Shown: one piece after another, positions 1-7,281 of the stretch
How the letters are laid out: each line of letters begins with the position of its first letter
Numbering within the stretch: position 1 is the stretch's first letter
Source of the DNA: an uncultured virus (IMG/VR IMGVR_UViG_3300017593_000761)
Taxonomy: Duplodnaviria; Heunggongvirae; Uroviricota; Caudoviricetes
IMG/VR virus record: IMGVR_UViG_3300017593_000761
Direction: 5' to 3' (one strand)
DNA length: 20,000 nt
Notes under the pieces: model-generated
Told to the model about the DNA's origin: nothing
Seen by the model: the letters and a program-made list of their open reading frames with translations, nothing else
Database searches by the model: none
Made by a program: the position numbers and the translations under genes

Positions 1-96
1 ATATACAAAGTAGCCCAACAGGGGGAATAGTGCCTTGAAGAGCAGAGTATAATAGTGCGAGTTAACTGAGACGTTTATATCCTTCTCCTCGTTCAT
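1..96 (-). CDS. Hypothetical, probably membrane, protein (partial; runs off the window start)
   Basis: Manual translation from ATG at 96 gives MNEEKDINVSVNSHYYTLLFKALFPLLGYFVY..., open to position 1. The ATG overlaps the TGA of the upstream frame (ATGA coupling). Confidence 0.55.
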   Translation of the reverse strand, partial: MNEEKDINVSVNSHYYTLLFKALFPLLGYFVY

Positions 97-297
97 TCTT
101 CTTTTCCTTTAGTTATATTATTTATACGTATTATATTATCACTAATCTCTTTCATATAATCCGTTAATTTATATATTTCTACTTCCAATCGTCCTCTTTC
201 CTCCTTTAAGAGCTCGTAAATGAAACTCTAAATATTTAATTGCTTCCTTAGGAGGTAGTCTGTTAGCCTTCAGTATCATGTCTTGGACGTTTAACAT
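93..297 (-). pseudogene. Small coiled-coil-like gene interrupted by an apparent 1-nt insertion (or two tiny ORFs)
   Basis: GGAGG RBS then ATG at 297 gives MLNVQDMILKANRLPPKEAIKYLEFHLRALK, continuing to a TAA at 169-171. Removing one base at 205-207 continues as EERGRLEVEIYKLTDYMKEISDNIIRINNITKGKEE* ending at 93, in ATGA overlap with the next gene. Confidence 0.45.
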
Positions 298-311
298 CTT
301 AAGGACCTCCT

Positions 312-1157
312 TTAGTTCAACTCCGAAAGCTTCTCTAAATAGTAAGAGTAAAGCTTCTTGGGAACAGAGTAGTATCTTGCTTTACATTCCGCTGAGATAT
401 ATTGAGCGATAAGAGGCATAGCCACTCTCTTGTCTTTGAATTGTTCTGGTCCTAATTCTTCTAAGACCTTCTGAATTTCATTCATAATCTCAGCCTTTGG
501 AAGCTCAGGGTATTGGGGACTTTCTCTTTCAATTTCAACTTCAACGTCCCTCAAATTAGGAACGTCTAATCTTGCTTTGAAGAAGACACTTCTCCCTCCT
601 CCGTAAGTCTTGAAAACCACTCCTTCTCTCTTTTCTTTCTTTGCTCGATTTAACATCTTCTCTACTTGTCTCTTAAGCTGTTCGATAGCGGAATGCGATG
701 TCACAGCCCAGAGTTTTACGATAGGAAGATTCCACTGATAGCAAAATTGATAGACTCTACTGTAATTCCACCACCCGCTATTGGTATCATAGATATCAAA
801 GATAACTAATTCGTCTCTTTCATGTTTTTCTGTGCGTGTGGGGCTAATACCTTTCTGGAGTAACTCGAAAAAGATAATGATATTGTGATTCCATTGATAT
901 TTTTCAACGTAGAGAGCGTTTGCGAGGGGTTTCATATAGCCACTGTTGATAATGGATGCAAGAATATCCTGACTTGGAGGAATTAGATTTCTACTACCGA
1001 ATTGAATGTTGTTTTTATCATCCAGAAAACATCGACAATTGCTTCCGTCTCTTTTTTCCTCCCAGTATATCAGTTTACCCAATAGCTCACGTCCCTCATA
1101 AGGAGACTCATGCAAATACTTCAATTTAGGATACTTGATTACGTCTTCCTCCTTCAT
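312..1157 (-). CDS. ATP-dependent RNA-ligase-family nucleotidyltransferase (Rnl2-like)
   Basis: Motif I EKRDGSN (adenylated Lys), Ia GSRN, III FFEL, IIIa IFDI, IV EGVVFK, V FFKAR. It has a helical C-terminal domain and no evident OB fold. Confidence 0.8.
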   Translation of the reverse strand: MKEEDVIKYPKLKYLHESPYEGRELLGKLIYWEEKRDGSNCRCFLDDKNNIQFGSRNLIPPSQDILASIINSGYMKPLANALYVEKYQWNHNIIIFFELLQKGISPTRTEKHERDELVIFDIYDTNSGWWNYSRVYQFCYQWNLPIVKLWAVTSHSAIEQLKRQVEKMLNRAKKEKREGVVFKTYGGGRSVFFKARLDVPNLRDVEVEIERESPQYPELPKAEIMNEIQKVLEELGPEQFKDKRVAMPLIAQYISAECKARYYSVPKKLYSYYLEKLSELN

Positions 1158-1256
1158 ATTTGAAGCTGATGCAAATTTTATGTCTCAAGAATAGAATTAT
1201 ATTAGGTTGAGGATAAAATTTCCATAGAACAAGAATGTGTGCAAATGGTGCAAGAT
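1158..1256 (-). repeat. Dispersed intergenic element, copy 1 (inverted relative to copies 2 and 3)
   Basis: The reverse complement carries TTGCACCATTTGC (1241-1253), 19 nt, AAATTTTATC (1212-1221), identical in sequence and spacing to 5290-5302 and 5322-5331. It also has AAATTTGCATCAG, similar to AAATTGCACCAG in copy 2. Confidence 0.75.
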
Positions 1257-1280
1257 TCACGTATAGTCCTTGACCTATAT

Positions 1281-1414
1281 TCACAAAGTCTGCTTGAGTA
1301 ATATAGCAAGGAAGACCATTGCGAAGACGAGCAGAAGTGAATAGCCCATAAGCAACAGGAAGCCTATAAGAGAGTCTTCCCAACGCTCAAACCATCTTCC
1401 TAATTCTCAAACAT
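1281..1414 (-). pseudogene. Small membrane protein gene, apparently frameshifted; paralog-like to 1421-1555
   Basis: GAGGTGA RBS 6 nt before ATG at 1414 gives MFEN*. Adding one base yields MFEKLGRWFERWEDSLIGFLLLMGYSLLLVFAMVFLAILLKQTL* ending at 1281. Confidence 0.5.
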
Positions 1415-1420
1415 CTTTCA

Positions 1421-1555
1421 TCACCTCATAATTGATGCAACCAAAAGAAGTATTGCGAGAGATAGCAGATAAGCAGTCATTCCCAAAAGAAGGAAGGTAA
1501 GCACGGGATGTTTATCCTCCAAACGCTCAATCCATGCTTCAAATCGTTTAATCAT
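1421..1555 (-). CDS. Small single-pass membrane protein (44 aa, not in ORF track)
   Basis: MIKRFEAWIERLEDKHPVLTFLLLGMTAYLLSLAILLLVASIMR*; GGAGG RBS upstream; overlaps the end of the upstream gene. Confidence 0.7.
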   Translation of the reverse strand: MIKRFEAWIERLEDKHPVLTFLLLGMTAYLLSLAILLLVASIMR

Positions 1556-1838
1556 TTTCTTCCTCCTTCAGTTGATTAACATGCTTCCCTATTTCATACA
1601 GAGCCTCCTCACGGGATAATCCAAAGCACTCACAGATGCCCTTGATGAAACCCTCCAGTTGTCTATCGAAATGCTCGCTTTCTTTGTTTGACAGTCCTTT
1701 CTCTCGCCAAACAATGATTTCACCACAGAAGGGACATTTCAGTTCTAAGAAACTCGGGTGCTTAAGAGTTACACCATTCTCCTTCTCTTTAATTATCACA
1801 CCAAAGACCTTACCACAGGATTTGCACTCAACTATCAT
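1548..1838 (-). CDS. Zinc-ribbon-containing hypothetical protein
   Basis: CKSC...CPFC pairs, GGTGAGG RBS, start overlaps the nrdG stop. Confidence 0.7.
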   Translation of the reverse strand: MIVECKSCGKVFGVIIKEKENGVTLKHPSFLELKCPFCGEIIVWREKGLSNKESEHFDRQLEGFIKGICECFGLSREEALYEIGKHVNQLKEEEND

Positions 1839-2575
1839 TTTATGAGTTCCTCACCTTCTCGGGTTCTAACATAGACTGGGAAGTTTGATACTTCCTTTAC
1901 ATGCTCTCCTATTTCTTTGATTTCGTCTTGAGAGAACTCGTCTGTTTCCTCAATGACCTTTCGTCCGTATTGTGGGACATTATCATAAATTCCTTGTTGA
2001 ATCACGTATTCACCCTTGAATTGTTTGAGTTCTCTCGCAATTTGAATGACTTCCTCTTCACCCACCAGTCTCTTAAAGACTGTGGTTTGAATTTGAAGAG
2101 GAAAGTTTGAATTAATGCAATAAGAGAGTGTCTTCCGCACAAATTTCTCTACCCCATTTACTTGAGTTACCTTCTTCCATAGTCTCGGATTGCTTATTGG
2201 AGCCTTAATATCCAAGAAGATTTTATCCACGACCCCAGCCTCTATCAATTCTTTGATGCTTGAAGAGAAATAGCCATTGGTTTGAATGCCTACGAGTCTA
2301 TTTTCTTTGTGTATCCACTCTCCTATTCGTTTAATAGCTTCTACATTAAGAGTGGGTTCTCCACCCGAAAAGACTAAGGCATCAATGAAATCCAATTCCT
2401 TTGTTATCTTCTCAATGACTTTATGAATAGGAACATAATTGGGTTCTGCACACAACTTAAAGTTCTGACAATAAAGACAACGAAGAGGACAACCCCTTGT
2501 GAATAACACAAGAGAATTCAGTCCCCTCCAGTCAATAGTCGAAAGGACTATCCCACCATAGTTTATTTCATTCAT
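1835..2575 (-). CDS. nrdG: Anaerobic ribonucleoside-triphosphate reductase activating enzyme (radical SAM)
   Basis: GCPLRCLYCQN (CxxxCxxC), SGGEPT, TNG and LDIK motifs; adjacent to nrdD. Confidence 0.9.
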   Translation of the reverse strand: MNEINYGGIVLSTIDWRGLNSLVLFTRGCPLRCLYCQNFKLCAEPNYVPIHKVIEKITKELDFIDALVFSGGEPTLNVEAIKRIGEWIHKENRLVGIQTNGYFSSSIKELIEAGVVDKIFLDIKAPISNPRLWKKVTQVNGVEKFVRKTLSYCINSNFPLQIQTTVFKRLVGEEEVIQIARELKQFKGEYVIQQGIYDNVPQYGRKVIEETDEFSQDEIKEIGEHVKEVSNFPVYVRTREGEELIK

Positions 2576-4268
2576 CGTATCTGTCCACCTTTCTATATGG
2601 CAAATCTCGTGTCCTCCTTTCGTGAGTGTTGGACTGTTCCACGAAATAACCCACTATCCTCCTGAACTTAAAGAGATTCCTGTCTCCACAGATGGGACAA
2701 GCCTGAACATCTCCTAAAGTCACGTGGTTATGCGATTGACATCGGGAGATATACGTGTCAAATGCAAAATAAGGGACTTCCTTCTTCACCAACCCTCTTA
2801 TTATCCTCTCCATCTGGTGGACTTCTTTGAATGGACTGGGAATACCCACGAACATCATCTGACCACCCTCAAAGAACTTAGAGAACCTTCCCGTTATCTC
2901 TGCCTTCTCTCCCAAACTCATCTCTATCCACGGCGATACGATTTGATTGGAATACATTTTTCCTGCTTCATAATATCTACAAAATTCGGGATTTCCCGAG
3001 TTATCCGCATATTCTTTATCAGTATCGTAGAGCGAGATAGCAGCTGACTCCGCCGGGACTAATTCACAATTATAGAAGCCTTCCCAGCTATCAATAGTTG
3101 AGCGTATCACCTGAAGAATCTCCTCTAATTCATCCCAAGTGAGAGCTGCCAGTTCTTTAAAGTCCCACAGTCCAATGATTCCTATTGTTGAATACATTCG
3201 TCGTAGTGACCTCAAACCCAGCTGGAAAGTCACATCCAGATGCTGATAATCGTTAAGAAGCTTTCGATGCCAATCAAGGAATTCCCTGATGAGTTGCAAA
3301 TTCTCTTTAATTTTCTCTCGGAATGTATCGGGATGCCTTATGAATATGCCTGGGAGGTTAAGGGACACAACTTGATGACTTCCTATCTGAACACCACCAC
3401 TACCGTAAGAATTGAAGAACGGTCTTCTACTTGATACCAGTCTGCAACATGAGGCTATGGCATCGAGATATGGTAATACAAGGAAGTTATACATCGTGTG
3501 TTTGATGTTCTGTTCCAATGCGAACTTCAGGAATGTCTCATCTTGGATTTGACCGTTTCGTTTCTTCAGTCCCACAGTTATAACTGGGAATCTTAACATC
3601 TGATGTTCTATCTCATTGGTGTGCCATCTCATTACTGCTTTCTGCACAGCTGACAATTCCTCGATTTCTAACTCCCATGCGTTCTTATTAAACAGGTGTG
3701 CTAAATAAGGCTCGTCAAAGAAGGTGATATTCGTAAAGAGAGATTCCGCTCCCTGTCTCAAATGCTGATTGAAAGAATAGAATAATCGCTGAAGTTCATT
3801 ATGGAAACGATACTCGGTGAGCTTCCCATCAGGAGTGGTTTCGATTTTGCTTTTCTTAACGAAATACGTCAGAGCCAATATAAGGTCTGGTATTCCTATC
3901 GCTCCACGTGTCCTGTTAGCCACATAAGACGTGTATTCTATGAGTTGTGAGATGAACGAATCCAATCGCTTTGGTGGCTTGCTCTTGAAGTGTGGATAAT
4001 ACGGAAGACCTTCCGCAAGAATAGGCTCAACGCTAATAGAATAGCAATACGGAGTGAGGATGCACTTGGAAAGATCATGGATATATATCTCGTTTCCGTG
4101 TCTCTTGAGTATCTCCTTACCTTTATTGAACCATTCAGTTATCAGATGCTTATTAAAGACCAGCTCTGCACCCGAAGCTAACTGCTTACGGACATTTGCT
4201 ATATCAGGACTATAATTAGCATTAACATCAACCACACTTTCACCTTCTAAGAATTTCTCAAAGTCCAT
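2568..4268 (-). CDS. nrdD: Class III (anaerobic) ribonucleoside-triphosphate reductase, without ATP cone
   Basis: DxNAN, IYIHDL, PYC, finger-loop SCCRL, ELVPAES, GG, Zn site CQSH...CPIC and glycyl-radical loop RRIVGYF. Confidence 0.92.
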   Translation of the reverse strand: MDFEKFLEGESVVDVNANYSPDIANVRKQLASGAELVFNKHLITEWFNKGKEILKRHGNEIYIHDLSKCILTPYCYSISVEPILAEGLPYYPHFKSKPPKRLDSFISQLIEYTSYVANRTRGAIGIPDLILALTYFVKKSKIETTPDGKLTEYRFHNELQRLFYSFNQHLRQGAESLFTNITFFDEPYLAHLFNKNAWELEIEELSAVQKAVMRWHTNEIEHQMLRFPVITVGLKKRNGQIQDETFLKFALEQNIKHTMYNFLVLPYLDAIASCCRLVSSRRPFFNSYGSGGVQIGSHQVVSLNLPGIFIRHPDTFREKIKENLQLIREFLDWHRKLLNDYQHLDVTFQLGLRSLRRMYSTIGIIGLWDFKELAALTWDELEEILQVIRSTIDSWEGFYNCELVPAESAAISLYDTDKEYADNSGNPEFCRYYEAGKMYSNQIVSPWIEMSLGEKAEITGRFSKFFEGGQMMFVGIPSPFKEVHQMERIIRGLVKKEVPYFAFDTYISRCQSHNHVTLGDVQACPICGDRNLFKFRRIVGYFVEQSNTHERRTRDLPYRKVDRYDE

Positions 4269-4271
4269 TTC

Positions 4272-4298
4272 TGTCCTCCAATTATATTTTAAATATAT
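4272..4298 (-). promoter_or_regulatory. Possible archaeal TATA box/operator plus GGAGG RBS upstream of nrdD
   Basis: Minus strand reads TAATATATTTAAAATATAATTGGAGG before the ATG. There is an inverted repeat TATATTT-N-AAATATA at 4283-4297. Confidence 0.4.
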
Positions 4299-4876
4299 TA
4301 ATCAAGATTGCCCCACTGTTCTGCCATTGCCTTTGCAACCTCTTTATAAGTTCTACTTCTTTCCTTCCATCTGTCACGTGAAGGTGGAAGTTTCCATATC
4401 CGCTGTTTGACATTCTCAGGTCTTTTCTTTATCAATGGTTTCAGAGGTGGGAGGTTTTTTAGCCATAAACAGGTAGCCTTTGACTCATTGACACCAAACA
4501 TCCAAGGCTGAATCAGCTGATCATACTTTCTACCTATCATCTCGACAGCGTATCTATGCGGGATAGGATTTTCAACACATATTCTTTTAATAGGAGCGTT
4601 CAAGAGAGTTCTAAAGAATTCAGCTGCCTCTTTCAACTTCTCCCACCTCTCAGGTCTTTCATGTAACCATCTGACTCCACTATTACACAAATATGTGCAT
4701 GGTGGATGTGCTATCATCAAATCCCAGTTATCGTTTAAGACTTCTCTGACATCACCTTGAATATGATTACCTTTCCGTTCTGAGGGTAACAAATCACAAC
4801 TCCAAGCATCATGTCCTCGTGAGGCAAATTCATCCCTCACTATACCGGAGAACTCACAAGCAATAAGAACTCGCAT
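4298..4876 (-). CDS. Short phage-type putative DNA (cytosine-C5) methyltransferase
   Basis: N-terminus MRVLIACEFSGIVRDEF, then SCD, GDV, catalytic HPPC, ENP, KxTxLW and C-terminal RSxT..A.AMAxQW, typical of this viral family. Confidence 0.75.
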   Translation of the reverse strand: MRVLIACEFSGIVRDEFASRGHDAWSCDLLPSERKGNHIQGDVREVLNDNWDLMIAHPPCTYLCNSGVRWLHERPERWEKLKEAAEFFRTLLNAPIKRICVENPIPHRYAVEMIGRKYDQLIQPWMFGVNESKATCLWLKNLPPLKPLIKKRPENVKQRIWKLPPSRDRWKERSRTYKEVAKAMAEQWGNLD

Positions 4877-4878
4877 CT

Positions 4879-5241
4879 TTAATCCTCCTTCAAGAAATTC
4901 TTAACCCAAGCTTCAAGCGTCTCTTTGTTTTCGTTTGTTTTCTTCTGCCCTCGTTCTTTCTTCATTTCCTCTCTCCATCGTTTATTCAGTAATTCTGTTG
5001 CATCTCCCATTATCTGTGTCCAGAACATCCCATAGAATGCTAATCCTAAACACGCAAAGATAGTCATGGGATCAAGTCCTTTGTAAATCGCAGTGGGAAC
5101 ATTTGAATAATTTGGATACTCACCTCTGCCTCCTAAATGAAGAACCTTTCCGTTATATTCGACGGGAATATCCATTGCCTTTGCGAGCTTAATAATTTCA
5201 TCGTAGTCACCTTTCCACGCCTGTAATGCGAGCTCAACCAT
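4879..5241 (-). CDS. Hypothetical protein (start likely 5241 or 5262 rather than 5322)
   Basis: Track ORF 4879-5322. A GGAG RBS lies 6 nt before ATG 5241, and the upstream extension falls inside repeat copy 2. Confidence 0.6.
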   Translation of the reverse strand: MVELALQAWKGDYDEIIKLAKAMDIPVEYNGKVLHLGGRGEYPNYSNVPTAIYKGLDPMTIFACLGLAFYGMFWTQIMGDATELLNKRWREEMKKERGQKKTNENKETLEAWVKNFLKED

Positions 5242-5286
5242 ACGCTCTCCTACTATTTTCATATTTTGGTCTATCACCACACTATG

Positions 5287-5403
5287 ATTTTGCACCATTT
5301 GCTTATATTTGCACGAGAACAAAATTTTATCGCTGAGCCAATAGTTTTAATCATGTCTCAAGATAAATTGCACCAGAACTCAAAATTGTGCATCTGGTTC
5401 AAT
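5287..5403 (+). repeat. Dispersed intergenic element, copy 2
   Basis: Shares collinear blocks with copy 3 (ATATTTG, AGAACAAAAT, ATAGTTTTA, AGATAAWTTGCA, TGTGCATCT) and with inverted copy 1. It ends in an imperfect inverted repeat ATTGCACCAGA...TCTGGTTCAAT (5367-5403). Confidence 0.8.
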
Positions 5404-5679
5404 AAGCATGTGCTTCCTTCGCTTAAGGTTCTTACTCGCTATTTCATTAAGAGCAAGAGCGGAATAACCCATGATATCCAGAAGAGTATCTTGAACATAG
5501 GGTAAGGCGCTATCCTTCTCTTTCATTGCTAAATTCTTGAGCCTACTGAGTTTAATGGTAAGAATGACATTCACTGCGGTCAAACCGTATTCCTCCCACA
5601 CTCTATGAAACGCATCTCCGTATAATTTATTCTTCCTCTCCAATAAATCATTCACCAACTCAATTACAGCCATCTTCAC
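5380..5679 (-). CDS. DUF1599 / nucleotide-modification-associated domain 1 (Nmad1) protein
   Basis: Pattern RKNxxYG...KLxRLxNL...DTLLDIxGY. Confidence 0.75.
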   Translation of the reverse strand: MKMAVIELVNDLLERKNKLYGDAFHRVWEEYGLTAVNVILTIKLSRLKNLAMKEKDSALPYVQDTLLDIMGYSALALNEIASKNLKRRKHMLIEPDAQF

Positions 5680-6260
5680 ACCTCCTCTATTTTATCTATA
5701 AGACCCCAATCCTTTGCTTCTTGCGGGGACATCCACTTCTCCTTCAACCTTATTGTTTCTCTCACTTCCTCCTCTGTCTTGCCACAACGATTGGCTAATA
5801 TCTTCACTATTTCATTCGTGATTCTGTTCATCTCGGTAACTTCAGTTTCAAGCTGAGAAGTGGATTCGTTGTGGAAATACACCCAACGTTTGGGTTCGTG
5901 TAGCAAGAATGTAGCATGAGGACGAGCTATACGAATATCACCAGCCTGAAGAATAATCATGGCAGCTGCACTCGCTGCGAGACCCTCAACTATTACACGC
6001 ACTTTTATACCAGATTTTGATATCTCTCGTAATGCATCATAAAGAGCAAACGAACCGTGAACTTCTCCACCCTCAGAACACAGCTTCACTGTGAGAGTAT
6101 CTCCTTTCTTTAATTTACGTTTAACCTCACTCAGCAACAACAGATACTCCTTTGTTTTGAATTCATCAACCTCTCCGCTGATATGGATTATACCATCTTC
6201 TAATTCCCGACTCACTATTATGTCCTCTAAACACGTGAAATAATGCTCTTTAACTTCCAT
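5676..6260 (-). CDS. clpP: ClpP-like serine protease (S14 family)
   Basis: SEGGEV, catalytic Ser in GLAASAA, His in LLHEP, and EKWMSPQEAKDWGLIDKI. Confidence 0.85.
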   Translation of the reverse strand: MEVKEHYFTCLEDIIVSRELEDGIIHISGEVDEFKTKEYLLLLSEVKRKLKKGDTLTVKLCSEGGEVHGSFALYDALREISKSGIKVRVIVEGLAASAAAMIILQAGDIRIARPHATFLLHEPKRWVYFHNESTSQLETEVTEMNRITNEIVKILANRCGKTEEEVRETIRLKEKWMSPQEAKDWGLIDKIEEV

Positions 6261-6618
6261 TTTGGATTTCCTCGTGAGTAACCAATAAAATGTAAGGTTT
6301 AGATGTTCTATTCTTCAAGTCGTTAATAGCCGAGTATATATCTGGATATAGTCTTCTTGTGCTACTCTTCTCCATGCCTATACAGGTTCTATCTGCCTTC
6401 ACTATGATTCGTGGATAATACACGGGACCCTCAATCCAGGCAAAACACCAGTGCTCTTTTTCCTCCACTAAGCACTTGTATTCTATGCCTTCTATTACGG
6501 AACATGTATCACGTCTGTGATGAAGGACTATCTTGCCATTGGGAAGTCTCGCTACGTCGTTGCCCTTGTTATCCTTGTGAAACACAAGAACCATTTCCTT
6601 CTTCTCTCCTTCTTCCAT
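6250..6618 (-). CDS. Hypothetical beta-rich protein
   Basis: Track ORF 6250-6633. A GAGGAGG RBS favours ATG at 6618. Confidence 0.65.
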   Translation of the reverse strand: MEEGEKKEMVLVFHKDNKGNDVARLPNGKIVLHHRRDTCSVIEGIEYKCLVEEKEHWCFAWIEGPVYYPRIIVKADRTCIGMEKSSTRRLYPDIYSAINDLKNRTSKPYILLVTHEEIQNGS

Positions 6619-6645
6619 ATTAAACCTCCTCAATAAATATTAGAA

Positions 6646-7281
6646 TTATATCTCTTGGACTTCACCATCTGGATTGACCATCATCAGCTTCGCAGACCTC
6701 TTCCTCGTATCGTATTCTGTCCAGCCGAGAAGAGCTGGTGGGAGAGACCTCTCTATTGCGTATTGCAGTCCCCTTGCCAACGAACCAGTCCTCAAGAGAG
6801 TCACTCGTTTATCTCCACGCAAGACGTCGAGCTTAGCAAGGATGTGATTGTGTCCCAACGCTATAACATCCGCGTCAATGAACTGAAGGAGTTTCCTGTG
6901 TTCACTCCAGATGTCCATTGCTGTGCTTCTGCCATGCGCAAAATAGAACTTAACACCATCCACTGTTATCTCATGTGAAGGTTTACCCAAGTATTCCTCA
7001 TAGACATTGAGACCCACCTGATTGAATATCCTGTATTCGTGATTACCCAAGCAATAAGCTATGACGTTCAATTCCCTCGTTATAGTTCTTACCCAGCGCA
7101 ATTGAGCCTGTGGCTGTATCTCATTCTCGAATTGCATACCATTGGAGAGTCCACAATCTATCAAGTCACCCATGAGAATTACCTTAGCCCCTCGCCAGTG
7201 AGTCTTGGCTATCTCCTCTATGGTCTCTGGAGAAAGCTCTCCCTGACCTATATGCCAATCCCCATTTAATACCACTCTCAT
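6646..7281 (-). CDS. Calcineurin-like metallophosphoesterase
   Basis: All five motifs present: DWH, GDxxD, GNHE, FAHG, GHNH. ATGA-coupled to polB. Confidence 0.88.
   Translation of the reverse strand: MRVVLNGDWHIGQGELSPETIEEIAKTHWRGAKVILMGDLIDCGLSNGMQFENEIQPQAQLRWVRTITRELNVIAYCLGNHEYRIFNQVGLNVYEEYLGKPSHEITVDGVKFYFAHGRSTAMDIWSEHRKLLQFIDADVIALGHNHILAKLDVLRGDKRVTLLRTGSLARGLQYAIERSLPPALLGWTEYDTRKRSAKLMMVNPDGEVQEI

Noticed and set aside
1126..1383. 85-aa minus-strand ORF in the track
   Set aside because: It has a TTG start without RBS, overlaps the ligase start and a better membrane-protein frame, and spans non-coding repeat copy 1.
1407..1421. Stop-codon reassignment suggested by an in-frame TGA after ATG 1421
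   Set aside because: TGA, TAA and TAG all terminate well-supported genes in this window; a single-base indel is the simpler explanation.
5287..5403. Mini-CRISPR array interpretation of the periodic element
   Set aside because: There are no identical 24-47-bp direct repeats separated by spacer-sized unique sequences; the units are ~20 bp and degenerate.
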